Counted from the first letter of the stretch, positions 1 to 13,501 are shown. The stretch: DNA of 64,000 bases from Scenedesmus sp. PABB004 (GCA_014905635.1 JABVCE010000018.1:124001-188000), one strand, 5' to 3'. Notes: generated from the letters alone by a model not told the origin. Program-made: numbers and translations.

Positions 1-382
1 GCGAGCGCCGACGCCTGCTGCGCGAGCTCGCAGCTGCCGAGCTCGCGCAGCTGGCCGTCGCAGCAGCCGACGGCAAAGCAGCGCAGCGTGCAGCCGCACG
101 CCACCACCAGCGCGCTGCCTGCAACGGCCGCAAGGCTCACGCTGGCGCCGGTCGGCTGCCACTGCTGCGCCAGCTGGCGCTCGGGCGAGCGGTCCAGCAC
201 CCACACCCCGTCGGGCGTGACCTGCAGCAGCCAGCCGCCGGGGAGGCCAGCGAGCAGCAGCGAGCCGCCGGCCTGGCGCAGGCCCGCGAGGTGGGCCTGC
301 TTGAAGGTCGGGCCCGCCAGCGACAGCACCTCGCTCATGCCGGTCGAGGCAAAGCTAAACCCCAGCAGCGTGTGAGGCAGCG

Positions 383-438
<56 letters not shown>

Positions 439-2479
439 GGCTCCGCGTGGCAGCAGGGTGGGTGCTCTGTGATTGGGAAGAGCACGGCGTCGCCCTGCGG
501 GCCGAGGCAGGCAAGCGGGTGAGTGCGCAAGCATGCGCAGCATGCTAGGAGGGGCGAGGTGGAGGGGGAGGGGGGAGGCACCGTTCTCACCGGCAGCGCG
601 GGGCCGTCCAGCAGCAGCGGCGCCAGGCCGCTCCCCGAGCGCAGCACCGCGAGCTTGCCGCGCGGCGCGGCGCCGCACGCGACCAGCAGCTGCTGCTCCG
701 GAAGGCTCCCTTCGGCGGCGCGGCGGCGAGCGCAGCGGTGAGGTATTGAGAAGGGGGGCGCGTGCAGGGGGCGGCCCACGTGACAGCAGCCCCAGGAGCG
801 CCAGCCGCGCTCACCGGTGGGGTCCTGCAGGACGACCGCCGCCTGCGCGCCAGCCAGGCTGGGCATGACCGCGGACTGGAGCACGGGGCACGACAGCTCC
901 AGCTGCTGCTGCTGCTGCTCCTCCTCCTCCGGCCCGGGCGCCGCCAGCGCGCAGCGCGGCAGGCCGACCACCTGGCTGCTGCTGCTGCGGCTGCCGAGCA
1001 GCAGCACGCCAGCCAGGGCCTGCTGCTCGCCCTGCGCCTCGTCGTCCCCGCACTGCATTGGCTCGGCGCCTCCCGTGCCGAAGGGCACAAACGTCAGCAC
1101 GTGCGGCACCGCCAGCGGGCTGCTGCCCGTGATGGGCCGCCAGAGGGCAGGCGCGCCAGCGCGCGGTTGCAGATGCACCAGGTGCAGCCCCGCCCGGTCA
1201 TCGCCGACCACAAAGCTGGCGTCCGACAGCGCGACGCAGCTGAGCGGCACGCCCGCCAGGCGCCACGCCAGCAGCTGCTGCGTGCGCACGCTGACCGCGG
1301 CCGCCTCCGCTGCAGTGCTGCTGCCTGCGCCGCCGCCGCCGCTGCCCGCGGCCTCGCCCGCGCTGCACAGCAGCACGCCCCGGCTGCTGATCAGCAGCGT
1401 GCCGGCGGGCAGCTGCCCCACGCCGGGAAAGGGCTGCAGCAGGTGCGTGGTGGGGTGCACGTTTCTGCGGCGCGCGGTGCACGCGCGTCTGAGGGCAGCC
1501 CCCGGCGCGGTGGCTTCTGGCGCAGACCCCCCGGCCGGCGCGGCGTGCGCGCCTGACGGACCACGGCCCCGGGCTGGCCTCGCCGGTCACCCAGTCCAGG
1601 GCGAGGCAGTCGCAGTGCACCACGGGCATCTGACCGTTTGCTGCGCGGCAGGCAGCACCGCGCGGCGAGGGTGAGCGCAGCTCGTGACGCCACCACGCGC
1701 ACGCCCGCGCCGCGCCGCGGGCGGCGCTCACGCGAAAACTCGTGGAGCACGGCCAGCAGCGAGCAGCCCCCGGGTCCAGCGCCTGCTCCCCCGGCGGCAG
1801 CCACGCCAGCGCCAGCACGCGCACGGACACGCGCACCGACGCCAGCGGCGCGTCGGCCGCGTCTGCGGCGGGCGCGCGCGTTGCGCGGTGAGCGCCGCGG
1901 CGCGGCCGCGCAGCGGCGCGCGCCCCCGCCGCCGCCCTGAGACCCACCTGGGACGCTGCAGCGCAGCAGCGCCTGCGTGCAGCGCACCGCGCGGGCCTGC
2001 AGCTCCACGGCGCCGCCGCCGCCGGGCGCCGCGCGGACGAGGTGCAGCACGCCGTGCAGCTGCGCGACCGCCACGAGGCTGGCCGTCCCGCCGTCGCCGC
2101 AGGGCTCCGCCAGCGCGTTGGCGCTGACCACGGGCCCGAACGCCTGCGGCGCCGCGGGCGCGCCCTCCGGCGGCGGCAGCGCCGCCCTCGACAGCAGCGG
2201 CGGCGGCGCGCCCCCGCCCGCCGGCGGCTGACCCAGCAGAGCCACGCCGCCGCCGCCGTCCAGGAGCAGCAGGTGGCCGCTGGGGAGGCCGATCAACGAC
2301 AGACCGCCCTCCTGCGCCCGCCAGGCGGCCTGCAGGGCCAGGCATCCGTCGCCCTTGACCTCGCCCAGGCTCAGGTGCGTGTCGTGCGCGAGCAGCAGCC
2401 GGCCATCCGCCAGCGCAACCGTCCCTCCCACCGCTGCAGGCGGCTGCAGGGCGCGGTGGAGCAGCGCCGTCGCCGCCAT
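1..2479 (-). CDS. DDB1/RSE1/CPSF1-family beta-propeller protein (MMS1_N-like), multi-exon, runs off the window start (3' end missing)
   Basis: ATG at 2479 (MAATALLHRALQPP). Spliced translation shows DDB1-like motifs: VLALAWL..LLAVLHE, SFVVGDDRAGLHLVHL, VLQDPTG..LLVACGAAPRGKLAVLRSGSG, TLLGFSF, WLLQVTPDGVWVL..QQWQP..VSLAAVAGSALVVACG. Needs one extra G at 1767-1771 (see findings). Confidence 0.6.
384..437. repeat. (CTG)18 microsatellite, encoding polyQ on the minus strand in the DDB1-like gene
   Basis: Perfect CTG run, in frame between ...HAEP and SLPHTLLGFSF on the minus strand. Confidence 0.9.
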
Positions 2480-2699
2480 CGCGCGGCGCGCAGCAGCGCT
2501 GCCGCTGGCGATCGCGCCAAGCCGCGGTGCTCGCGGCTTGGAGAGGCCGCCGGCGCAGGTCACGGGATGCTCGAAGCATTGCCTCGGCCTCGATCCCGGC
2601 AGCGGCGCGCGCAAAGCCCCGACGTGAAAACGCGTCCGCTCACGCGCCGCCGGCGCCCTGCTCAGCCTGCTGCTGCTCCTCCTCCAGCTCCTCCTCCCT

Positions 2700-5619
2700 T
2701 TACGTCAGCTCCTGATCCTGCTCCTCCTCCTCGCCCGCCTCCTCCGCCGCGCCCACCTCGGGCCCGCCCGCCTCGGGCCCGGCCTCCTCCACCGCGACCT
2801 GCTCACCGCCCGCCAGCTCCGGACCGGGCGCCGGACCCAGCAGCAGCTCGTACAGGCCGCCAGGGCCCTCCAGCAGCGCCGCCACGGCCGCCGCCGGGTC
2901 GGTCGGTTTTCCCGCGAGCGCGCCGCCCGCGGCCAGCGCGCCGGCCAGCCGCGTGAGGGCCCACAGCACCTCGGCCAGCAGCAGCGGCGCGTCGAGCCAG
3001 AACAGGAGCTCCTGCTGCGCCGCCGCCGCCGCGGCCGCCGCGCTGCTCGCCTGCTGCGCGGCGTCGACGCCCTCGCGGCAGCCCGGCTCGGAGGCGGCCT
3101 CGTCCATGTGCGCCCTGCGGGCCGCCACGCACGCGCGGCGGCCGGTCAAGGGCAACGCGGCCCGCCGCTGGCGTGGCGCCGGCTGCTCACGCGGCGCGGT
3201 GCAGCCCCCCCCCCCCCAACTATAACACGCGCGGCGAGCCCCGGCCAGCTCACCGCAGGCCGGCGGGGTCGGGCGTGCCGAGGAAGCCCTCCAGGAGCAG
3301 CTGCGCCAGCTGCGCCTCGCCCAGCCGCCAGCGCTGCAGTGCGCCCGCGTCGCGCAGCGCGGCGGCCACGCGCCGCACGGGCACGGCCTGCCGCCGCCAC
3401 GCGTCGTCGGCGTCGCCCGCCGCGCCGGCGAGCGCGGCAAACAGCTGCTGCAGCGCCGGCGCCTGGCCCTGCAGGTAGATCGCCAGCTCGGCCTGCTCCG
3501 GCGTGCCGCCGCCGGTGCCGCCGCTGCCGCCGGCGCCGCCGGCGCCGCACGCCATGGCCGACCCGCCGCGCCCCAGCACCGACTGCCGGCCGCCGCCGCC
3601 GGCGCGCGCGCCGCCGGGCCCCAGCAGCGGCAGCACGTGCTGCGCGAGCAGCTGCTGCACCGCCTGCTCGAGGCTCGGCGCGCCGGGGCAGCGCAGCGGC
3701 GCGAGGCGGACCAGGACCTCCGCAAAGTCCCGGAACAGCAGCTCGGTCGCAGGGTCGTGCGGCGCGGCGCCCTGGCGCACCACCGCCTGCGCGGCAGGCG
3801 TGGCCAGCACCTGCGCGCGGGCGCGCGCGGCGCGCGTGGGCACCGCGCGGCCGTCCGCGAGGGCGGCGCGGCCCTCGGGGCGCCAGCGCCGCGGCGCGGC
3901 GGCCAGCGCACCCGCCGTCTGCGCGCCGCGACCGGCGGCGGCGGCGCCAGCGCGGCCGCCAGCGCCTCGCTGGCGTGGCGCAGCTGCACGTGGCGGCTGA
4001 GCACGCGCGCGTCATGCAGCAGCTCCCACAGCTGCCCCGCCTGCAGCGCCCAGCTGGCGCGGGGCGTGCGCGGGTCCAGCAGCGCGCTCAGGCGGTTGCT
4101 GCGGCGGGCGGGCGGGCCGGCGCCGTCAGCGGGGCCCGCGGTGAGCGCCGCCAGCTGCGGCAGCCCGCAAAGCCAGCGCCGGCGCAACCCCTTGCGCCCG
4201 CTCGCCCTCGCCCGCTCCGGCGCGCCTGTACTTGTCATACAGCGCGCGCAGCTCGGTGTTGCACCCGACCAGCAGGTTTGCCACCGCGGCGCGGCTCGCG
4301 GCCGGCGCCTCGCACTCGGCGAGCAGGTCAGCGACGTACAGCTGCAGCGCCGCGACGTGCGGCCCAAACCCCGGCGGCTGTGCCGCTGCAGCCGGGCCGT
4401 CGCCGGCCGCGCCGGCCGCGGCGGCGGCGCCGGCGGCGTCGTCCGGCGCCGGGGGCGCGGCGTCGTCGTCGTCGCCGGCCGCCGCGCCGAGCAGCGCGCC
4501 GTCACCGAGCACCGGGCGGTCGCGCTCGAAGCGGCCCGCCCAGACGGTGCCGTCCTCAAACACGTACACGCCGTCGCCGTGCTTTGCGTCCGCCTCCCAC
4601 GTGCCCTCGTAGCGCGCGCCGGTGGCGTAGAAGAGCGCGCCCTCGCCGTGCCGGCGGCCGTCTCGAAACTCGCCGACGTACCTGCGCTCGTGGGCCGGGC
4701 GCGGCGCCGCGCGGCCGCCGTCGCGGCGCCCCAGCGCGCGCGCAGCACGCGCGGCGGCCGCGCCCCGCCCGCGGCCCCCCGGGCGCGGGCGGCGCGCGCC
4801 TGTTGTGCATCGCGTGCAGCGCGTGGCCGGCGGCGCCCGGCGCGCCCGCCGCGCGCCAGACGTGCTCGCCGAGGCCGTTGGGCGCGCCGCGCTCCCAGCG
4901 CCCGCTGTACGCCTGCCCGCGGTCGGCCCAGGTCATGCTGCCCTGCCCGTGCCGCGCGTCGGCCGCCCACTCCCCGTCGTAGCTGTTGCCGCTCGCGTAG
5001 ACGCTCGTGCCGTGCCCCTGCTTCATGTCGTCCGCCCACTCGCCTGCGGCGGCGGCGGCGGCGCCGTCGGCGCCGTCGCCGGTCGGGGCGCGCGGCTCGG
5101 CCGTCGCCCTAGGGACGGTACGAGGCCTCGCACCGTCGTAAAAGGCGGTGCGCTCGGCGTTGTAGTGCAGCACGCCGCGGCCGTGGCGCAGGCCCGCGCG
5201 CCACTCGCCCTCGTAGCGCGCGCCGCCGGGCAGCGCGAGCGCGCCGCGCCCGTCGCGGCGGCCGCGCGCCACCTCGCCCTCGTACACGGCGCCGCTCTCG
5301 CCCCAGCTGTACACCCCGGCGCCGCTGATCTGGCCGGCGACGAAGCTGCCCTCAAACGCGACGCCGTCGAGGAAGGTGAGCTTGCCGGCGCCGTGCATGC
5401 GCCCGTGCGACCAGTCGCCGTCGAACACGGCGCCGCTCGCGAGCGCCGCGTGGCCGCAGCCGTGGAACGCGCCGGCCTCGGAGCGGCCGCCGGCGTAGCC
5501 CAGCACCGTGGCCTGCGCGCGGGGCGGCCGCTGAGCGCAGCAGCGGCGGCTGCCGCGGCAGCGCGCCTGCCGCCACTTTGACGGCGCGGCCCGCGCGCCT
5601 GCTGCAGCGCGGCTTCCAT
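2700..5619 (-). CDS. RSPH10B: MORN-repeat ciliary protein, radial spoke head 10 homolog B (RSPH10B)-like, multi-exon
   Basis: About 10 MORN repeats (YEGEW..G.RHG.G), e.g. HNRYVGEFRDGRRHGEGALFYATGARYEG. These are followed by RSPH10B-type segments TELRALYDKYS, QLWELLHDARV and HDPATELLFRDFAEVLVRLA. TAA at 2702-2700. The start at 5619 is tentative. Confidence 0.75.
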
Positions 5620-5944
5620 GGTGGCGTGCGGCCCGGCGACGAGCTGGCAGGGTCTGGCCCCCGTTCGCTGCGCGTGCGCGGCGGGGGCGAGCGGTCAAAG
5701 CGCAGCGAACAACCTGTGCGCGTGCCGCTGCTGTTGCAACGCGGCTGGCGCGGCTGTCATGCGTCGGGATTGCCAGGACCGATGGGAGCGTGGCAGGAAG
5801 GAAGGTTGAGAGCGCGGGCCCCCGGCAGGCGAGCGGGCGCCCGTGCGGCGGCGTTGAACGCCATTCAGCGCACTCCACAGGCTCACCCGTGCTCACAGTC
5901 GGCACCTTCTTTCGCGCGGCCGCTCAGGGGCAGGGCAGAGCAGC

Positions 5945-6463
5945 ATGGCGCCAAAGCAGCAGCGCGAGCCGGCGCCGGCGCCGACGCCCGCGGGCATTGC
6001 CGCGGGCCTGGCCGGCGACGCAGCTCAGCAGCTGGTGGCCCTCGCCCAGCTCGGGGCCGCTACCTTCTCGACGGCGGAGGCGGTGGCCGCCGGCATCCCC
6101 GCCGCGCTCGCTCGGCTGCTGCGCTGCAGCTCGGCCGCGCCGGCGGCGCGCCTCGGCGCGGCGCAGCAGCTCGCCGCCCTTGCTGCCGGCGGCGGCGTGC
6201 CGGTGGATGCACAGCTGGAGACGGTGCAGGCGCTGTGGGGGGTCCTGGCGGCCTACGAAGCCGCCGAGCCCGCCGTCGCGGCGGCTGCGGCGCTGGCGGA
6301 AGCCGCGGCGGCTGCGGCGGCGGGCGCGCCGCGCGCCCCGCCGCGGCGGCCGCCCGGCGCCCGGGAGCCCGCCGATGCCGACGACTGGCTGCCGGTGTGC
6401 GCCGCGCGCCGCCGGCCGTCGGGGTGCCGCCTGCGCGGCTTGCGCCGCGTCGCAGCGCGCTTG

Positions 6464-6507
<44 letters not shown>

Positions 6508-8618
6508 AGGGCCCGCCGAAGCACGCGCTGGAGGCGTGCCTGCGGGCGCTTTGCTCCCTGCTCAGCCCGGGGCAGCAGGAGGGCGGCGCGCCGCCCACGG
6601 CCGCGGCCGCCTGGGCGGCGCAGCAGGGCGCGGGCGCGGCGGCGAGCCTGCTGCGCCACGCGTCGCCGCGCGTGGCGATGCGGGCCGCGCGGCTCGCGCA
6701 CCTGCTCGCCGCCGTGCCGGGCTGGCCGGACGCGCTGGCCGCCGGCGGCGGCATCGTGGCCGCGCTCCCGCTGGCGGCGAGCGCCAGCGCTGCGCTGCGG
6801 CTCGCGGCGCTGCGCCTGCTGCGCCGGCTGGGCGCGGCGTCGAGCCTGGCAGTCGCGGCGCTGCTGCAGAGCTCGCAGCTCGTGGACTGCCTGGTGGCGC
6901 AGCTGCTGGAGGCCGGCGCGGTTTCTGGCGGCGGCAAGGCCAAAGGCGGGCCGGCGGCGGCGAGGCCGGCCGACGAGGCCAAGCCGGTGCGCGTGCGCCC
7001 TGCGCTTGCGAGCCGCGGGCCCCGCGCGTGCGCAGCTCACCTCGCTGCCTGACGCGCGCACAGACGCCTGCGTCTCAGATGGCAGGGTGTCCTGACGCAA
7101 CCGTGGTGCAGGCGGCGGCCGCCGACCTGCTGGCGACGCTGGTCGCCGCGAGCGATGCCGCCGCCGCGCAGCTGGTGCAGTCGGGCGGCCTGGCGGCGCT
7201 GCAGGCGCAGCTACCGGAGCCGGCGGCCCCCGCGACGGGCGAGGGCGCGCGGCCAAAGTCGCCGCTGCACCGCGCGGCGGGCAGCCGGGTGAGCGGCGGC
7301 GCGCGACGGCCGCGACGGCAAGCTGCGGCTCGGGCGCACGCACGTGCCGCCCTCACGCCGCCACCCCGCCGCCCGCGGCAGCAAGCGACGCCGCGGGCCC
7401 CCGCCGACGCCGCCAAGCCGGCCACGCCGCAGAGCGACGGGGCGTCCGCGGACACCGGCGCGGGCGGCGCGGGCGGCGGCGCAGCCGAGGGCGCCGAGGC
7501 GGCGGGCAGCCTGGCAGGGGGCTTCCCCGCGCCCGCGTGCAAGGTGGCGGCGCCGGAGCTGCAGGCGCGCCTGCTGCACATGCTCGCGGCGGCGCTGGCA
7601 CAGCCCGGCGCGCGGGGTGCGCTCGCGCAGCAGCCGGCGGTCTCGCAGTGCGGCCTCGCGCGGCAGCTGCTCCACATGCTCGCGGCCGCGCCGCCCGCCG
7701 GCGCGGAGGGCGCGCCCGGCGTGCCCGAGGGCGCCGGCGCCAAGGGAGGGGCGGACAGGCTCGCCGTGCCGCCCGGCGGCCCCAGGCGGTCGGGGGCGGG
7801 GGCGGCCGAGCAGCCGACGCCCGGCGTGGCGGCCGGCGGCGCCCCGCTCCGCAAGCCCGCGGCGGGCGTGGCAGGCGGCGCGGCCGGCGGTGCGGCGGCC
7901 AGCAAGGTCACCGTGCAGGCAGTCGAGGCCCCGCCGCCGCCGCCGCCCGACCCGCTGGCGCCGCCGTTTGCGCCCGCGGCCCAGGCTGCGGCGCTGGCAT
8001 GCCTGGCGGCGCTGGCGCGGGATGCGCAGGGCGCGGCGCTGCTGGCGGCGGCGGCGCAGCCGCCGGCAGCTGCAGGCGGCGGCTGCGGCGGCGCCAGCAT
8101 GCTCGGGCAGCTGCTGCGCGGCCTGGCCGCGCCTCTGCCGGAGGAGGCCGGCGAGGGCGGCGCCGTCGCCCCACAGGCGGCCGCGCTGCTCGGCCAGCCG
8201 GGCGCGCTCAAGGACGCGGCCGCGCTGCTCAGTGGCCTGGCCGAGTGCCGGGACGCGAGCCCTCAGCTGCAGGAGCTGCCCCTGGTGCCGCCGCTCCAGG
8301 TGCGGCCCGCCGCGCTCGGGGGGCGCGCGGCGTCACCGCGGTGCGCCGCGCGGCCTGCTCACACACCCGGCGCGCGCCCCGCCTGCCCTCCAGGCGCTGG
8401 CGGCGTGCGCGGCCGCGGCGGGGGTGCCGCCGACGGTGTCGCAGGCGCTGGCGCACGCGCTGCTGGCGCTGCCGCCCGAGTGCTTCATGCCGCCGCCGCG
8501 CACGCCGCTGCCGTCGCCGCCGCCGACGCCGCCGGCGCCGCCGCTGCCGACGTCACTGGCGGCCTGGGACTGCCTGGGCCGGCCGCTGATCCCCGACGGC
8601 GCGATGCTGGGCGCGTGA
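5945..8618 (+). CDS. Hypothetical alpha-helical (ARM/HEAT-like) protein, multi-exon
   Basis: ATG at 5945. GT-AG introns join Leu/Ala-rich amphipathic helices (HALEACLRALCSLL, VVQAAAADLLATLV..QLVQSGGLAAL). It ends in a Pro-rich tail WDCLGRPLIPDGAMLGA*. No family recognised. Confidence 0.55.
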
Positions 8619-8784
8619 TGACGCGTGCGGCGCGTGTGACGACTGCCGGCCTGTGTCTGCTCGCCTGCAGCTTCCAAGCCCCTCCGGCCTTCCCGCACCA
8701 CGAGCACGCGGTCCCACGTCACGCACAGCGACCGCGAGAGCTCCACAGGGCGCAGCAGCAGCGCTGGCAAGAGCCGGTCAAACG

Positions 8785-10349
8785 ATGGCGTCGCTGCGCG
8801 CGTACAGCGCAGCCCGCGGCGCTGAGCCGCGCTTCCCCCGGGGCAGCGCTCATCAGGCTGCTCAGGCGGGCGACCTGGCGGCGCTGCAGCGCGCCGCAGC
8901 GGAGCAGCACCAGGCGCGCGGCCTGCCGCCGCTCGTGACGCTCGCCGCCGCCGACGGCCCGCTCGGCTGCACGCCGCTCCACGTGGCGGCGGAGCACGGC
9001 CGGCATGCCGTGGTGGACTGGCTAGTGGCGCAGGGCGTCGATGTGGACGCGGGCGACGCGCACGGCTGCCGGCCGTTGCAGCTCGCCGCCGTGTCTGGTC
9101 ACGTCGGCGTCGCCCGCCAGCTGCTGGACCGCGGCGCCAACCCCACCAAGACCGACGACCAGGGCGACACGCCGTTGCACTGGGCGGCCACCAAGGCTTC
9201 GACCAAGGTGCGCCGACGCACAGGGGGCAGTGCCAGGCCGCGCTGGCGGCAGCGTCCGGCCGGCCGCGGGTCATGAGCCGGCTGGCACAGATCCGCCCGG
9301 CCGCGCCGCCTCGTTCAGATGCTGGAGCTGCTGCTGGAGCGCGGGTCGGCCGTGGACGCGCCGAACCGGGCGGGCTGGACCGCGCTGCACCGCACCGCGT
9401 TCTGCGGCCGCGTCGCTGCCGCACGCCTGCTCCTGCGCCGCGGCGCGCGCGTCAACGCGCTCACGCGCGACCTGCGCACGCCGCTGCACCTGGCTGCGCT
9501 GCAGGTGCGCCGGTCGCCGCGAGGCCTTGCCGTTGTGCCCGCCGTGCTGCGCGCGCTGCGCACGATCGCTCGGCTGCACGCACGCCCCACACGCCGCCGG
9601 CCGGCCGCAGAACCACCTGGGCGCGATGCACCTGCTGCTGGGGCTGGGCGCCAGCGCGGCGCTGCGGGACGCGCGCGGCGCGGCGCCTGGCGACGCCTGC
9701 GTCAGCGACGCCGCGCGCGCCCTCATCGCCGACGCCGCGGCGGGCGGCGGCGGCCGCGCCGCGGGCAAGCCCGGCAGCCGGCCCGCGTCTGGCGCCGCCG
9801 CCGGGTGCGCGACGGCCGGCGCGGGCGAGCGCGTGCTCGCCCACCGCCCCTGGCAGGGCTCCGCGCGCTGACCAGCCGCCGCCCGCCCCGCAGTGCCGCG
9901 ACCGTGCCGGCGGCGCCGGCGAGCGCGCAGAGCCGCGTGCCAGACATGCCGCGCTTCCGGCGCGCCCGGAACGACAAGTGAGCCGAGCGCGTCGCGGCAG
10001 GCAGCGTCGCCTCGGGCCAGCGGCCGCCCACGCCCGCCGCCCCCGCCCGCCGCGCAGCCTCGACGCCGACGGCTTTCCTGTGGCGGTGGAGGGCCTCACG
10101 AGCGCGCCGTCGGCGGAGGCTGCCGAGGAGCTGGGCGCGCCCGCGGCGCTCGCGCTGCTGGAGGCGGCCGAGGCCGAGGCGGCGGAGCAGCTGCGCGATG
10201 TCGGCGCCGACGCGGGGGAGCAGCAGCAGGTCGGCGGAGCCGGCGCGGCGCCGCGCACGGGTGGGGGGCGCGCCGGCGCGCCTGCGGACGCGCAGGAGCT
10301 GGCGGCCGCGCCGCGGCGCTCGGGCGTCGGCAGCGCCAGAGCGTTCTGA
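8785..10349 (+). CDS. Ankyrin-repeat protein, multi-exon
   Basis: Repeats: GCTPLHVAAEHGRHAVVDWLV, GCRPLQLAA, GDTPLHWAA, GWTALHRTA, RTPLHLAALQNHLGAMHLLL. Confidence 0.85.
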
Positions 10350-10811
10350 GAGGGCTCTCTCGCTGTTTAACGTGGCGCCTGATCAAGGCATGTGGGGCAG
10401 GCAGATGTATGCGCAGCGCGGCCAGGCAGGCAGGCGCGGGGGCAGCGCGCCGGCGGTGGCCGGCGCAACGCGCTCGCCCGCTGCACACGTGCGCGCGCGC
10501 GCGCGCCCGTCCCAGCCACGCCACGCGCTCTCCGCGCAGAGCAGCTGCTGGGGCGCCGCGCAAGCAGCGGCGCGCCCGCCGCCGCGTAGTGTACACCAAA
10601 CCGACGCGGGAGGGGGGGGGGGCGAAGGGTCAAGAGGCAGTCAGGCCCTATGGTACACAGCAGCCCCGCACAGCACGCGCAGCACGCACGCGCGCGCGCG
10701 GGGGCGCGCTCCGCCGCTGCGCCGCGCGCCCCTAGAGTCACAACAGGGGGGTCGTACGAGTACAGAGCGGCGCGGCGGCGCGCCGCCCGCGCGGCGGCCG
10801 CCGCCGCGCGC

Positions 10812-11754
<943 letters not shown>

Positions 11755-12405
11755 GGGGCGCGCGGCGCCGCGGGCGCGCTGGGGCGAGTGCCTGCGTGGA
11801 CGCGCAGCGGCCGAACGCGACGCTGACGGGCGCGGGCGGGCGTGGCAGCGAGGCTCGGGTGGTCGATCCGGCCGCTCCGCGCTGCTGCGGCAAGCATTTC
11901 GACGCTGCGGGCTGTCACTTTGCCCGCTCCGCTGCCGAGCACGCGAGCTCATCCCGGTTGCTCATCCCCGTGGAGCGCCTGCTATACGCAGGTCGCTCCT
12001 CTGCCCCCCGCGCGCCCCAGCCCCCGCGCGCCCGCACGCCGCCGACGGCCATCTTGCGAGCGCTCCCCTCGCGCCCCCGCGCCCGCTCGTCGCCGCCCAG
12101 CGGGCGCAAGGAACGGCCGCGCTCTCGGCGCAGGCACAGCGCGCCCGGTACAGGCCGCACGGTGCGCGCCCCGGCCGCGCGGCGCCGCGCTGCTGCTGCG
12201 GCGGCGGCGGCCGCCGCCGCGCCGCGGCGCGCGGCGCGGCCGCGCCTGCGCCCCGCCCCGCCTGCGCCCCGCCCCGGCGGCCCCCTCCCCTGCCGGCCCT
12301 CGCGCCGCTCACGCCGCGCCGCCGCCCGCGCGCCGCCCGCGGCCGCCACAGCAGCGGCGGCGGCAGCAGCAGCAGCAGCAGCGGGCCCCGCCGCGCCGCG
12401 CCGCG

Positions 12406-13299
12406 ATGGGCAAGGTCGACAAGGCCGACAAGGCCGGCGCCAAGGCCGCCAAGCTGGACGTGCCGTACGAGACGCGCGTGAAGCACGTCGCGGTCATCGC
12501 CAAGCCGCTCGCGGACGAGAAGCTGTCAAAGAAGGTGCTGAAGCTTAGCAAGCGCGCGGCGAAGCGCAAGCAGATCAAGCGCGGCGTGAAGGAGGTCGTC
12601 AAGGCGATCCGCAAGAACACCAAGGGGTGAGCGCCGCCCGCGCGCGCCTGCCTGGCGCAGGCAGTGGGGGAGCGCCGCGCGGCGGCAGCGGCGGCAGCGG
12701 CGCGCCTCGTCCGCCGCCGGCCGCCGCCGGCCGCGGGCCGCAGCTGACGCGCGCGCCCGCCCGCCCGCCCGCCCGCCCGCCCGCCCGCCCGCCCGCCCGC
12801 CCGCCCGCCCGCCCGCGCGCCCGCCCGCGCGCCCGCGCGCCCGCCCATGCTGCAGCATCTGCGTGCTCGCGGGTGACATCTCGCCGATCGACGTCATCAC
12901 GCACATACCCATCGTGTGCGAGGACAACAAGGTGCCCTACATCTACGTCCCCTCCAAGGAGGTGCGCGCGCGGGGGCAGAGCGATGAGAGCGACGAGAGC
13001 GACGCGGGCGCGCCGGCGACGGGGGGGGGGGGGCGAGTGGCGGCCGCGCCCGGCGGGGCGGCACGCGAGCGGGGACGCAGCAGGCGGCGGCGCCCCGGCA
13101 GCGCGCGCGCCGCCTGAAGCAGCTGCGCCGCGTTGCACTGGCTGCGCAGGAGCTCGGCGCGTCGGGGCTGAGCAAGCGGCCGACGAGCTGCATGCTCATC
13201 CTGCCCAAGCCGCTCAAGGGCGGCGCGGACGACGACGAGCAGAAGGAGTTTGACGAGGCCTACGCGGAGGTTGAGAAGAAGATCAAGGGCGCCGCCTGA
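12406..13299 (+). CDS. NHP2: H/ACA snoRNP subunit NHP2 (L7Ae family), 3 exons
   Basis: IAKPLADEKLSKKVLKL..IKRGVKEVVKAIRKNTKG-ICVLAGDISPIDVITHIPIVCEDNKVPYIYVPSKE-ELGASGLSKRPTSCML. Confidence 0.95.
12757..12845. repeat. (CCGC)n tetranucleotide microsatellite in NHP2 intron 1
   Basis: Long CCGC array that degenerates toward the acceptor. Confidence 0.85.
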
Positions 13300-13501
13300 G
13301 CCGCGGGGCGCGGGGGCTGGCCTGTACAGTAGCGCAGCGCGGCGGGCGGGCGGGCGGCGGCGGTGAAACGCAAGACCGCGCGAGCCGCGCGGCGTCCCCC
13401 CTGCTTGTGTGTTGCTCGCGTGCCAGCCGCCGCAGTCTCGGTCAGTGGACGCCGGAGTGCTCAGTCATCGCCAGCCTCGCACGCGCCTTGCACCGGCCGC
13501 G

